From NCBI RefSeq assembly GCF_036321535.1, contig NC_087447.1, positions 35,776,001 through 35,840,000 on the forward strand: a stretch of DNA of 64,000 nucleotides, given 5' to 3'. Below are positions 12,665 to 25,705 of this stretch, in pieces. This DNA is from Camelus dromedarius. Lineage: Eukaryota. Each line of letters starts with the position of its first letter. Position 1 is the first letter of the stretch. The notes below the pieces were generated by a model. That model made no database searches and had not been told where the DNA came from. It saw only the letters and a program-made list of their open reading frames with translations. Position numbers and translations under genes: made by a program.

Positions 12665-12811
12665 CTGCCACTGTGGCCCAGCCTGGATGTGCACTGTGGT
12701 TCTCTGGTCCCATAAGAGGGTGATGTGCTCCCGTGGGAAATGCACCAGCGTGAAAAACCCCACTTGCCATGTGTGGACCTCCTGCTTCTTGTCCAGGAAG
12801 CTCTCAGGACT
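12665..12811 (-). CDS. OTOG: OTOG exon 27 ([49 protein letters not shown])
   Basis: Acceptor ccctag, donor gtagtc; 147 nt. Confidence 0.95.
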
Positions 12812-13110
12812 CTAGGGAGACAGAGGTGGCTGTTCCTGAGACCAGAGCATCCCCCAACACCTGGGTCAGCTGGGCCTGGCTACAAGCCACTGCCCAGCCC
12901 CAGGAGTTCACCAACATCTCTGCCTCCCTCGTGCCCTGACATTGACCTCTGGGTCCCTGACCCCGGCCAAGGAACTCAGTCTGGGCTGCTGACTCAACAG
13001 TTCCAAGAGAAAGTGCTGTGGTAAGGAAACCAGTCCTTAGCCCTCTTCCACCCCCAGCCCCCATGAACCGGCAAATTGTCCACACAGCCTTCACTGGCAC
13101 CGGGCCTTAC

Positions 13111-13245
13111 GGGAGTTCCTGAGTCGTCATCGAAGATGATGAGTGAGTTCCCAACATTGACGGAAATAAATTTCCTGCAGATGATGCCAGAGCTGTAGCA
13201 GTTCACATTTTCTACAATCACAGAGAAGCTGAAATCTGATGTGCT
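13111..13245 (-). CDS. OTOG: OTOG exon 26 ([45 protein letters not shown])
   Basis: Acceptor cctcag, donor gtaagg; 135 nt. Confidence 0.95.
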
Positions 13246-13639
13246 CTGAGGAGAAATAAGTTCTTGCAGTAAAGCCAGGGAGAGAAGAGTCTGCTAAGAG
13301 GCACAAGGTAGAGGGATACGGCCTCTTGCAGTGGTTTTCAACCCACTTCTGTGTCATATGAGCTGTGTGACTTTGGGCAATTTACCTCAGTTCTCTGAAG
13401 CTCAGTTTTGTTTTGGGTGCCTGGTGCACTGTTTAGCAGGTAGGGACTCTGCAAAAAGTATCTGATGAATGAATGAATGAATACATAATAGGGATAACTA
13501 ATGTAGACAGGTGTGTGAGGGAAGGGGCACTGTCTTACACACACTGATGACAGTAATGTATGCCTTCTTGGAGGGCAACTTGCAGGCACTGAACAGTGTT
13601 CTAAATGTGTAACTTTTCCTAGCAACGCCACTTCTGAGA

Positions 13640-14030
13640 GTCTAGAGACACATCCACCCAAATACTCATTGAGCATTTAAATACTGACAACAACCTAAAC
13701 GTCCATCAACGGCAAATAATAAAAGAAACTAGAGCACATCCCTTCTGTGGATCTCTACAGAAAAAAGGAACATTGAATGACTATGTGAGAAAATGTCCAA
13801 AGTGTACTAATAATGATAAAAGCAAACTGCAGGATCTTATTCATAGAAACCAACCAAAATGTGTGTGTGTCTGTCAGTCGCATGGAAAATGATCATGCAG
13901 GATTCACACCTGTTATGAGTGTTTATTCAGCAGGGGACAGGAACAGAAGACATGTGAAGAGGAATATCTGCTTTTAATATATGCTTCTATGTTGTTTTAA
14001 ATATTAGTGAAGAGCATGCAAAACCTTTGA
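13640..14030 (+). mobile_element. Old L1M(E)-like 3' fragment
   Basis: aacaacctaaacgtccatcaac followed by an A-rich L1 3' UTR-like stretch. Confidence 0.45.
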
Positions 14031-14124
14031 AATCTATAAAATAAAATACAACAGGGTCTTTGTCTTGTTGGAGTTACTGAAAGAGCCCAGCACAGATAGG
14101 ACTCACTCCATAAACAGTTTGTCA

Positions 14125-14170
14125 TTATTACTGTTGTTGTTGTTGTTGTTGTTGTTACTCTTACTATTAT
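14125..14170. repeat. (GTT)n microsatellite with ATT/ACT flanks
   Basis: Direct reading. Confidence 0.9.
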
Positions 14171-14808
14171 ATAATGAGAGGGAGAGGCCCTTAGCAAAAC
14201 CAGGATCCCTGAATGTGTCTGGGGCACTCTCCCGCCTACCCTGTTGGTACCCTTTTCTCCTTCTGGAGGGGATCCTGCCTCTACTGTGCCATCCCATACC
14301 ACCACCCCTTTTCCTCTGGGTGAGCTGATGGCTGTAACATGTGATTGCTTAAGCACACCGCTCCAGTCAGGTTTCTTGGTTCAGATGTGTGACCTCGGGT
14401 GAGACACCAACTTCCCTAAGCCCAAGTTGCTCCATCTATATAATGTGGACTCACTAAACTCGATCTTGCAGGGTTACTGTAAGAAGTAAGTGAACTAATG
14501 CTTAAAAATGGCTTGGTAGGCTGTCAGGCATATAATAAAGGCCCAGAGAGGCTTTTACTGTTACAGACAGAAAAACCACTGGGACCCAAGGGGGCAAGGC
14601 TATAAATGGTGAGTGGACAGGCAGGGGGTTATTTATGACTGGTGGGCCTGGTCCAGCTCTGAGCTTGCTCCTTGGCACTTCTTTGGGTCTCTAGATAGTC
14701 ACACCACAGGGCTTAGATGCCCCCACCCACCCAATTATGCGTCAACAGCAGCCTTAGCTGCCCTGGGTCCCCATGGAGCCGGCTCTGCAGACACACTCAG
14801 GCGCTCAC

Positions 14809-14947
14809 CTTGACCAGGTGCACTTTGCATGCCCCCACGAAGTCAAACGGGAGCCCATCAAACGTGCGGTAATGCCGGTCTCCATATGCCGTGCAGGTGG
14901 AGGCGCAGGGGTGGAGGGCGCACTGGAATGAGCCGTGCTGGCACACG
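14809..14947 (-). CDS. OTOG: OTOG exon 25, VWD3 start ([47 protein letters not shown])
   Basis: Acceptor tttcag, donor gtgagc; 139 nt. Confidence 0.96.
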
Positions 14948-15224
14948 CTGAAACACACGCGCCCAGACCCCTCACAGGGCATGCCCCCCACCCCACCCTG
15001 AATATCACGGCAGGGCTATTGCCCATCAAGCACCTATTGTGTGCTCCTGGGCTGGGGGTCCAGAAACATCATAGACCTCCAACAGACACCCGGAGGGTGG
15101 GAGGGAGGGACCCATTTCGTGTAGGAGACACTGGGGTTCAGAGAAGTTAAGTTAATAAATAACAGAGCCAAGACTGAATCCAGAGCTATTTGACTCCAGC
15201 TTCCGCACTCTTTACCACTCCAAT

Positions 15225-16630
15225 TGTTCATTCATTCACTTGTTCATTCAATAAATATTAAGCACCAACCATATCCTAGGCATTATTCCAGGCATTTGAG
15301 ACATATTAGTGAACGAAACAGCAAAAAACCTCTGCCTTTGTGAAGTTTATATTCTAGAGGAGGAAGATACACACTAAACCATAAAAAATAAGAAGTATGC
15401 ATGAGTAGGTAATATAGTGGGTTAGAAGGGAGCAAGATAAAGGGGATTGAGAATGTGTGTGGGGGTGGACAGAGGGACATGCGGGCAGACTTAGTGGAGG
15501 TGAGGAAATTAAGTATATGGACATTTGGAAGACAAGCATCCTGGGCAGAGGGTATAGCCTTTGCAAAGGTCCTGGGGAACACTTGGGAAGACAACATAGC
15601 GAGGATGGAGAGTGGAGGAGGAGGAGAGGAGGAATTCAGGGAGGTAACAGAAGTCCAAGCCCCATAGGTCCAAGAAGGCCATTGTAAGAATGGTAGCTTT
15701 GTTAGGAGTGAGAGGGGGAGTGTTTGGAGGTTTTATTCATGGGAATAACATGATCTGATTTATGTTCCACTCTGGCTGCTGTACTGAGTCTAAGCTGAAG
15801 GGAGCCAAGGGGGAGGTAAGAAGATCAGTTAAGAGGTTATTCTGCAAATCAGGGAAGAGATGATGCTGACTCAGAACGAGGTAACAGTGGTGGAAGGAAT
15901 GAGATCCAGATTCTGAATCTATTTTGAAGGTAGAACCAAAAGGATCTGCAGACAGCTTGGAGGAAGGTAGTAAAAGAAAGGACTCAAAGATAATCCCAGG
16001 GATTTCAGCCTGAGCAATTGGAAAAATGAAGTCTTCATCAACCCAGACGGGGAAGACTGAGTGAGGAGCAGGTCTGAGGGGACAGATCATGTGTTCAGTT
16101 TTGGGCATGTGGGCATCTGAGATGTGTGGTGATGCCTGGTAGGTGGTTGGACGTGTGAGTCTGGAGTTCAGGAGTAAGGTTTGGACCAGAAATGTGGGAA
16201 CCATCTGCCTATGGTTGGGCCTTATTGCCACGAGACTGGGTGAGTTCACCAAGGGAGTGAGTATAAACACAGAAGAGGTCCCTTGGGGCACCCAATATTA
16301 AGAGTTTGGAAAAAAGGAAGAATTGGCAAAAGAACCTGAGAAGGAGCAGCAAGAGAGGTAGGAGGAAAACCAAGAGAGTGGGGAATCCCAGAGCCACAAG
16401 AAGAAAAATATGAAGGAAGAGAGAATGATAACCAGTGACTGACTGTGTGGCTAACTGGTCTAGGAAGATGAGGACCAAGTATCGAACACTGGATACAGCA
16501 AGGTGGAGATTATCAGTCACCTTAGTAGGAATCGTTTTGGTGGAATGGAAGGGAGGATGAGAGAAGAGGAATTGAAAACAGCAAATACAGAACTTTTTTG
16601 AGAAGTTCTGCAATAAAAAGGGAGCAGAGA
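15225..16630 (-). mobile_element. L2 LINE fragment (3' end plus degraded RT region)
   Basis: ttcattcattca L2 tail at 15228. Minus-strand ORFs HSTKTIPTKVTDNLHLA...LVLIFLD and MPKTEHMICP...AQAEIPGIIFES resemble L2 ORF2. Confidence 0.85.
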
Positions 16631-18859
16631 CTTGGGAAGAGATGGGCAGCCAGGCTTCATCTCAGTAAATAGATCTCATCCAACACTCAAGCCACATCAG
16701 CCCAGACACCCCTCCAGCACCCACCTCCCCAGTGGAGAGCAGTTGGAATCTGAGACACAGTGAAATGTCCTTCAAGTTGGAATGTTGAGAAAGTCCAAAC
16801 ACATATTAGGAAGGTAGAGCATTAAAAACTGAGTGTGTCCCAGTCCCCTAAGGGAGAGAAGACCCACTCTGTGGCCAGGCAGCCTCTTTCATGAGGAAAG
16901 AGCCTATTTATGTCAATGTTCCAAATCCTCAAATAATCCCAAGGTTCAGCCCTTTGGCCAAAGTGCTCACGGAAGATTCAACATAGCATAGCCATTCCCC
17001 TGCCTGAGGCTGGGGGTGCTGGTGCGGTGGCTGGCATCCAGTGAGTTGACAAAGTGAGTCAGTCCCCGACTCTGAGCATCCCTTGGCAAGTCCAGGCTGG
17101 CGAGCTCTGATGTCTCACCACATGCGCTGGCACCCACAGTCCGCTCTGGCTCACAACAGCCATGAAATCCCATGAACAATGGAGCACCCAGCCTGCACAG
17201 AGACATTATACCCAGGGAATTCTGGGGTAAGAGTCAGGGCTCTGATCCTATAAATACATCCTGATGTATTAAAGAAACCAGCCTTAGAATGAATGGGCTT
17301 GACTGTGACTCTGATGCTGACATGGAAAGAAATGCCATGGCCATCTCCTGGGTGAGGGAAACAAGACAATTTCAACCCCAGCATGGGATAGAGACTGGGA
17401 ACTGTGCTCTAGTTAGTTGGACATGTCTCCAAGATGGAGCCCCCCTAGCTTCTTTGCTGGGCCGCTGGGCCCCAGTCCTGGGGGCTTCTAGCCCTCATCA
17501 AGCCATCCCTAGCTAGATCTCAACATGGGAACAATGATCAAGTTTGCTTCCCAAGATCAGGGTACCAATTTACCATTACTCATCCCCTCCCCCAGAGCTC
17601 TCTCCATCCCCCATTGCCCCTGACTCAGAGGCCAAATAAGGCTGTCTCCTATACTCCACACTGCCATCTCTACCAAGAACTGAATGTCCTTGAGAAGAGG
17701 AAATCTCACCCAGGGCCAAGGGGAAGGACACAGCACATTCTCAGAGCTCAGTATGGCAGTGACAGTAGTGGAGACAACAGAGGACCTGCTCATCCCCTCA
17801 CCCACCTGGGACCCCTTCATGCAGCCAGCCGCAGCACACGTCCCTCTGCACACTCACAGATGCACACTCATTAATGCGAGATGAATCCCTAAGCCCAAGA
17901 AACCTTACTTAGCCTGTAGGAGACATAAGGGTTCAGGAGAGCTGAGTGGCTAGGAAGGGCACTAATTTATCATTACTCACCCATCTCCAAAACAAACACC
18001 AGACCAGAAATCAATACATCAAGCCTGACCTGAAGCTACTTTACACAGGATCTTGTGTCTAGCCCAACCCCTTTGGACAGTCACTGGAACATGATATGAG
18101 GCCAGGACAGCAACAGGTTCCACTGGGTGGAGAGCTCCACTGGAATGAGCTGGGCAGACCTCTCTAAGGGCCCTGGCCCTCTCTCCTCTCCCTCTCCATC
18201 CTACCTCACTAGTCTAGCTGATGTGCTTAGGCCATTTTCCAGAGAGTTGTAGGACCTGGGGCTCAGGGGTCCCTGAGGTGTCCCCTGGCCCCCTGGGGTA
18301 GTGACAGGGCCACCCTGGTCCTGCAGACATCAGGGCTGGAGGAGCACTGGGACTCTCAGAGCCCTGGAAAGCCCAGGTTGGGTCCTGAGCCAGAAGTGCA
18401 AAGGCACATGGGGGAATGTCAGGGAGGCTCCACGTGCCTTTGTGTGCCAGGAACGCAGGGGACACCTGGCAAAGGAGGCCACAGCAGGAGCTGCCCAGCC
18501 TGGGAAACATGGGTTGAGAGGACTCATTAGCTGTTGGGGTAGTTATAAGGCCTTTGGAGGGCCTTTGGGAGAGCTTCAAGATTTAGGTGATTTACAAAAT
18601 AGGAGAGACTCAGCTCTCCCAGAAGCAGAGGACAGGTGGAGAGTGGGAAAACAAGTTACTTAAAAAAGAATCACCATAGACACTTCTAGGAGCCAAGCCT
18701 TCGGAAAGTGAGTTAATCTGAGTTAGGCACAGCAGCGGGGGAAGCTTGGGGCGACGTTTAGGAGGTTGTGTCTCTATCCACTTCCTCGCCCCTGCTGCTT
18801 GGCCAGGCAGGCTCTACAGAACTGGCCCCAAGTCTGTTTTCCCAGAATCCAATCCAGAT

Positions 18860-19410
18860 GCGCACAAGCTCACATATGTATGTACATGAATGTACATATA
18901 TTCCTATATTCACATAAGCATGTACATATTCATAGGAAAACACAAATGCACATTTTACATATATGTTCACTCACGTGTTAAGACAAATATGCACACCCAA
19001 TGCATGCACACACATTCACATACTTTGCACACACGTCCCCACAAACTAAATAAATGCAGATGTACACAAATATATATAAACACAGGTGTAAACACACACA
19101 AAATCATACTTGTATGTAGTCACTAACACATTCAGGATTATGAATGCCCAACTTCTCATATACATGCATGTGCATATACATTCACATATGCAGTCTATGC
19201 ATTTTGGACATGAGCCCACATTTACACATCCATATAAACATACAGACACTGTCATGATTACAAATACACGTGTACACACATTCATATGCATGTCTGAACA
19301 AATGCACATTCATGTAAATACTCACAAAAACTCCCCAAATTCTTACCATGCATACATATATTATATACAAACTCCTATGTAGCACACAAACACACAACAT
19401 GAATATGAAC
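18860..19410. repeat. Degenerate (CA/TA)n low-complexity tract
   Basis: About 550 bp rich in cacata, tacata and catg. Confidence 0.75.
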
Positions 19411-19507
19411 ATGGTTGAAAAGGGAATGCTAGATTGTGCTTGTAATCATATCCCATATCCATCCTCACTTTCAGCAAAAAACAGAGCCTGGATGGGCCCT
19501 CACTTAC

Positions 19508-19615
19508 CAGGAATGACAGGGAGACATGACCTGGTCCCCGGGGAAATACTCCTTCTCTTTCCAAGTGCATGGGCACTCCTCCGGCAGGAAGCATGCATCC
19601 CCGTGTCTGAGCAGG
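19508..19615 (-). CDS. OTOG: OTOG exon 24 ([35 protein letters not shown])
   Basis: Acceptor ttacag, donor gtaagt; 108 nt. Confidence 0.95.
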
Positions 19616-19994
19616 CTGTAAGGACACAGCAAGCAGGTGGTCAGGAGAGTGCCCTTCCCATATCTGCCACATATCTGCCATCTGTGGAGGACTCCGTCCT
19701 CTTGGATGCCCTGGAGTGGCTCTCAGCATTTACCCTGGAAGAGTGTGGCCATGTACCCACTACCATCATGCTCATGTCCAGTGGGGTTCAGAGGTACCTT
19801 AGTAACTGGGAAAACCAGAGACAGACTCGGCCCAGCTCAGAAGTCTCTGCAATCAATCAGGAAGCAAGGCTCAGCTCTACCAGCCACATTCCTCCTGGCT
19901 GGGCTGGATGCCAGTTGTGCCATAGACACTAGCTGTGTCTAATGAACAGACCATGGACGTGGACATTGACCCTCCCACCCAGCTGGCTCATGAA

Positions 19995-22900
19995 GTAACC
20001 AGTGGACCTGCACTGAAAGAAATGTTAAAGGGAAATTTTCAGGAAGATGGAAACTCAGATCCACATGAGGGAATGAAGAGCTCCAAAAGTGGAAAATGTC
20101 AGGAAATATTTTTTTAAATTATTTGTTAATTTTTAAGAGATAACTGAGCATTTAGAGCAAGATTAATGTCAATGAATTGTGAGGTTTATAACATATGTAG
20201 AAATAAAATATATGACAATAACAGTACAAAGAACAAAAAGGAGGCAAATGAAAGCATGCCGTCGCAAGTATTCCACATAAAGTGGTAAAATATTAATTCA
20301 TGGTAGACTGTGGTAAATGAAAGATACATATTATAATCTCTAGAAAACCATAAAAAAAATACCAGGATATATAGTTAAAATAAAGGAGAAAAAATAGAAT
20401 ACTAAAAAAATTTAACCCAAAAGATGGAAGAAAAGAAGAAAAAACAAAGAACAATAGGAGAAACAGATAACAAATAACAAGAAGGTAGTATTAAATTTGA
20501 TCCAATTACATTAAAGTGAATGCATAAACCCTCCAATTACAAGGGAGAAACTGTGACATTAACTAAAAAAGCAAGACCCAAGTATAACCTGTTTACAAAA
20601 GACACAGCTGAAATATAGAGGCACAGATGAGCTAAAAGCAAAATGATGGGAAAAGATACAATGCAAACACTAGTCATTAGAAAGACGGAGTGGCTATACT
20701 AACATTAGACAAAGTAGACTTCAAGACAAGTAATATTAACAACAATAACAAGGGATATTTCATGATAACAAAAGTCAATTTATCAAGAGAACCTAAAAAT
20801 CTTAAATGGGCACACACCAAGTAACAGACCTTCAAAAAACAGAAGCAAAAACTCACAGAACTAAAAGGAGAAAAGAGACAAAACTACAATTATAGTTGGA
20901 GATCTCACATTCTTCTCCACTAATGATAGAATAGGCAAAAAGTCATCATAGACGTAGAAGACAACAACTTAACAATGTTCTTGACTTAATTGACAATTTT
21001 AAAACTCTCCATCCAATAACAGCAGAACGCATGTTATTTCAAACATACATGGGAAATTCACCAAGACAAACTACATTCTGGACCTTAAAAAACTCAAATT
21101 TCAAAGACTTGAAATCATACAAAGTATATTCTCTGGCCACAATGAAATTAAATTAGAAGTCAGGAACAAACAGATATAAGGCAAATCTCCAAATATGTCA
21201 CAATTAGTAACATTTCTAAACAACTCATGGATCAAAAAAGAAACCACAAATTAGAAAATATTACAACAAAAATAATGAAAACATATCATATCAAAATCTG
21301 TAGAGTGCAGATAAAGCAGTGCTTACAAAAATATAGTTTTAAATGCTTCTATTTTTAGAAAATAATCAAAGATCTAAACTAGAAGTAAAAGAGCATATTA
21401 AATCCAACATAATTAGTAAGAAGGGGAAAAAAATGATAAGAGAAGAAATAAGTGAAATAGAAAACAGAAAAACAATTGAGGAGATCAATGAAATCAGAAG
21501 TTGGTTCTTTGAAAAGATCAATCAAACTGACAACCACCTGGCCAGACTGAGTAGTAAAAAAAGAGAAACAATTCAAGTTACCAATATTAAGAACAAAGGA
21601 AAGACATTGCTGCAGATCCTACAGATATTAAAAGGAAAATAGGAAATATTATGGACAATATTAAACTAATAAATTGACAACTTAGATGGAATGAACAACA
21701 AAAACATCAAATATCTATGAATAAATTCAATAAGAGTGCAAACTTTTAGGTGAAAACTATGAAACACTGAAGAGAGAAATTAAAGAAAGCCCAATAAATA
21801 GAGCAGTAATACCATATTTGTATACTGGAGGACTCACCAGTTTGAAGATGTCAGTTCTACCCAAATTGATCTATAGATTCAACACAACCCAAATCAAAAT
21901 CCCAGAGGCCTTTTTGTGGAAATTGACAAGCTGATCCTAAGTTTACATGGAAATTCAAAGACCTAGAAATGCCAAAAAACTTTGAGAAGGAATAAAGTTG
22001 GAGCAGTATCAATTTCTGATTTCAAGACTTACTATAAAGCTTCAGAAATCAAGAGAGTGTGATATTGGCCTGAAAACAGACAAATAGATCAATGGAACAG
22101 AATAAAGTGTCCTGAAACAGATCCACATTTATTCAGTCAATTGATTTTTTTTTTTAAGTGCCAAAACAATCCAATAAGGAAAGGAAAGTTGTTGTTTTTT
22201 GTTTTTTTTTTTAATGGGGCTAGAACCACTGGATATCCATCAGAAAAGATAACATGAAATGACTCCATTTTATAACATATACAAACTATAATAATTTTAG
22301 ATAGACTATAGACTGAAATGTAAAAGCCAAAATTGTAAAGCTCCTGGAGGAAAACATAGGAGTATATCTTTGGAACCATGGCAAAGAGTTCTTAGGACTC
22401 AGAAAGAGTACCAATCATAAAGAAAAAAGTGGTATGGTAGACATCACCAAAATTTTAAAGCTCTGTTCATCAGAAGCTTTTAGACATATTAAGACATTTG
22501 AAGTGAATGAATAGGCAAACCATAGACAAGGAGGAAATATCTGCAATATATATATTTGACAAAGGACTTGCATCCAGAATATATAAAGAATTTCTGCAAC
22601 TCATTTTTTAAAAAAAGCAGCTAAATAAAAAGCAGGCAAAAGACCTGAATGGACAGTTTACAAAGGAAGAGACACAAATGGCCAAAAAGCACATGAAAAA
22701 GTACTCATCATTAGTCATTAGGGAAATACAAATTAAAACTATAGTGAGAGTTGACTATGTTCTCACTAAAATAACAAAAATGAGAAAAACTGAAAACATC
22801 AAGTGTTAGTGAGGACGTGTAGAAGCCAGAACTCTCATGCAGAGTGTGAAATCATACAAATGCTTTGGAAAATAGTTGGTAATTTCTTATGTAGTTAAAC

Positions 22901-23420
22901 ACGCAAATATCCTAGGACTTAATTCCACGCTGATGTGTTCATCCAAGAGAAAGACACAGCCTTATTCAAAATAGCCCCAAACTGGAAACAACCCAAATAT
23001 GCATGAACACTCGAGTGGATAAGTACTGTTTATTCAGACAATGGAATACTACTGAGCAATAATAAAAAGAAACCTACTGGAAAATACAATGTGGATCAAC
23101 CTCAAAAACTAAGGAAAAGAAACCAGACATCAAAGGATAGATACTGTAAGATTCTATTTCCACAAAGTTCTAGAACAAACAGAGTCGACCAATACCAAAA
23201 TGAAGAACTATGGTGCAGAGGTGGGGGAGGTACTAACTGGGAAAAGACATAGGGCATGAGGGAATTTTTTGAGGGAAAAGAGGTTTTTTATATCTTTATG
23301 AGGGTGTGGGTTACAGGAGGGTATAAATTTGTCAAAGCCTAGCAAACTGTATACTGTCAATCTGTGTGTTTTACTGTATATAAATTATGTCTCACTTTTT
23401 AAAAATTAAAAGAAAAAAAG
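19995..23420 (+). mobile_element. Old L1M LINE, antisense to OTOG: ORF1 end, ORF2 fragments with RT deleted, 3' UTR
   Basis: A-rich plus strand; ORF 21343-21642 ([23 protein letters not shown]) is L1 ORF2-like; GATCAATGGAACAGAATA motif; many stops and frameshifts; A-rich 3' end. Confidence 0.9.
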
Positions 23421-25213
23421 AGTGAAACACAAAAAATTGATTAGAAGCTTGATAATTTAGGGAGAGCCCATCATTTTGTTGGGGAACCCCTAAAATGTCA
23501 GTTTCTAGGGTTTTTCTCTCTTGGCCCAGTCAACTTTCAAGAGAAGACTCTTCTTTCATTTCTGGCCTAGGAGGCAAAAACTTTGATGCCACCATCCTGG
23601 GAACCAAGCTGGGGAAGAGGGAAGAGGGCTGGGCCCCAGCTGGCTTTTACTCCATCTCCTTGTATTTATTTCACATCTCATCCCTGCCACTGTCCCCAGG
23701 ACCCAAGTCTCTGATTTGACTTTTCTCGAAACTCTTACCATCTTTCTCCTGCTGGATGGGGTTAGGAAATCTGGGGATTTAACTACTCCTTACGCAGACT
23801 TGCAATTCATCCTCTTGTCTTGCTCCTACTACCCTCCTTCTGAGATGCCTGGAGCCTCCTGTTCCTGAAGCTGTCAACACCATATAGGCTGTTTCTCCTT
23901 GGCCTTCCCCTCTACAAGCATCAGCTGTCAAACCCTGCTCTGAAAGGTCAGTCTCTACACAGCCACCCTCAACTCTTCAAAAACTATTGACCCATCTCAT
24001 GGCCACTGTTATCCCATTCTTGTTCCCTTTGTCTCTGGTGATTTATACTTTTTTTCTTTAACTCCATTACCAACATTTCATTGTGGTTGTGGGAGGAAGG
24101 AGGAAAAAAAAGCATGTGCTTAATCGGCAATGTTCTTTCTACCCGAAGCTACTTAACCTTTCTAAGACTCTTATTTTTTCATGTGTAAAACAGGAATAAT
24201 GACACCTTCTTCCCAAGGTCATTAGGAGAATTTAATTACAAACCTGAGCACATTGCCTAGAGCTTAGTAGATACACAATAAATATTGGTTTCTTGCCCCT
24301 CCTTTCCCCGTAATTACGTCAGACCCCAGCATGGGCTGGCTCACTGCCTTGCACCTTCACCCCCAGGCCCTGTCTCTCAGCACTTCCTGGGGGATCTTCC
24401 CTACCGCCACCATCTACTGCTGCCTCCGGGCCCTTTGCAGACCTGCCTGCACCCCTAGCACCTTCTGTGTGCCCACCACAGACAGGAATATGCTGAGGGG
24501 AACTCTGGCCCCTGTCTTCAAGGTGCCCTCAATCTGAGGATCACCGTCTTCTTAACTTAACAGCCCAGGTATCATTAGGAGCATTATCCCAGCTCCCAAC
24601 AGAATGTTCCACGATGGTAGGAAATGCCTGCCCTTCCTTTACAAGTTGAGACTAATAATTTCCCTTTGACAAGCCCCTGTGGAATGCATATAAGCTCCTC
24701 ATAAGGCATTTGATACGGCAACATGAGCCACTAGGGCAAACACCCCGAGGTGATGGAGGTCCAGTACGAAGAAGGGGACGAGGACAAGGCTGCATGGAAC
24801 ACTTACTGCACAGTGCCCTGTCTTAGTTAAATCTCACTAAGAACCCTGCATGGTGGGTGTTACTGCCCTCAATTCACAGATGAGCAAACTCAGGCTCACA
24901 AAAATGAAGTGACCTGTCCAACACCACGTAGCTAGTGACAAACATTAAGCCCTCTGGACTGGGCATGCTCTGATGGCAGCATCTCAGGCACCCAGGAGGG
25001 AGACTACTTCCACTGGGTGGGGCCTTTCTTTTTCAAGTATTATAGGGGTTCGAGCCCTCCTCCACCTGGTCAGAATTTTGCAGGGATGGAGGCTGAGAGC
25101 TGAACATGGGTTTCCTCTCTTGTGTTCTTCAGTAGAGCATGCCTGGCACCCACCCAGTGCTTCCTTTACAGTCCCTCATTTAATCCTCACAACAACCTCT
25201 TGAGGTGGTAAGT

Positions 25214-25215
<2 letters not shown>

Positions 25216-25268
<53 letters not shown>
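25216..25268. repeat. (ATT)n microsatellite inside a MIR
   Basis: Direct reading; followed by ttttacagatgaaaaactgag. Confidence 0.9.
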
Positions 25269-25269
<1 letters not shown>

Positions 25270-25551
25270 TTTACAGATGAAAAACTGAGCCTCCAAGGAG
25301 CTAGGCCCCTTCCTTGTCCAAGGTCACATGCTGGTAAGAAGCAGAGGCAGGGAGACTGCACTCCAGCTTGGCTCCCCACACTCCTGCTCTTTCTCGGATT
25401 CCTTGCTGGTCATTACACTGTCACTGGCCAACCCTGGGCTGGTGCCTCCCTGCAAGGGTGTGTAAGGTTTTCCCTGCCGCTCATTCCACCTTGCGGTCCC
25501 TGGTTCTGCCAGCCTTCAGGAGAGGGAACCCAAGGCAACACGGATACACAC

Positions 25552-25705
25552 CCCGGGGGACAAGCACATCCTGAGAGGCAGGGGCTGCGGGCTGGCACGC
25601 TCAGGTTCAGCAGCTGCTGCTCGCACGTCCTCTCTCTGCTCAGCTCAGGGTCAGTGCGCAGGTCACTGCAGTTCACGAAGACCTGGCCCGCTGGGCAGGC
25701 AGCAG
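25552..25705 (-). CDS. OTOG: OTOG exon 23 ([52 protein letters not shown])
   Basis: Acceptor ttccag, donor GG|gtgtgt; 154 nt. Confidence 0.94.

Noticed and set aside
15737..16613. RT-like ORFs as a novel reverse-transcriptase system
   Set aside because: Degraded L2 ORF2 with frameshifts and substitutions in conserved motifs.
21343..21642. L1 ORF2-like ORF as an active or domesticated gene
   Set aside because: Short remnant in a heavily mutated L1 lacking its RT region.
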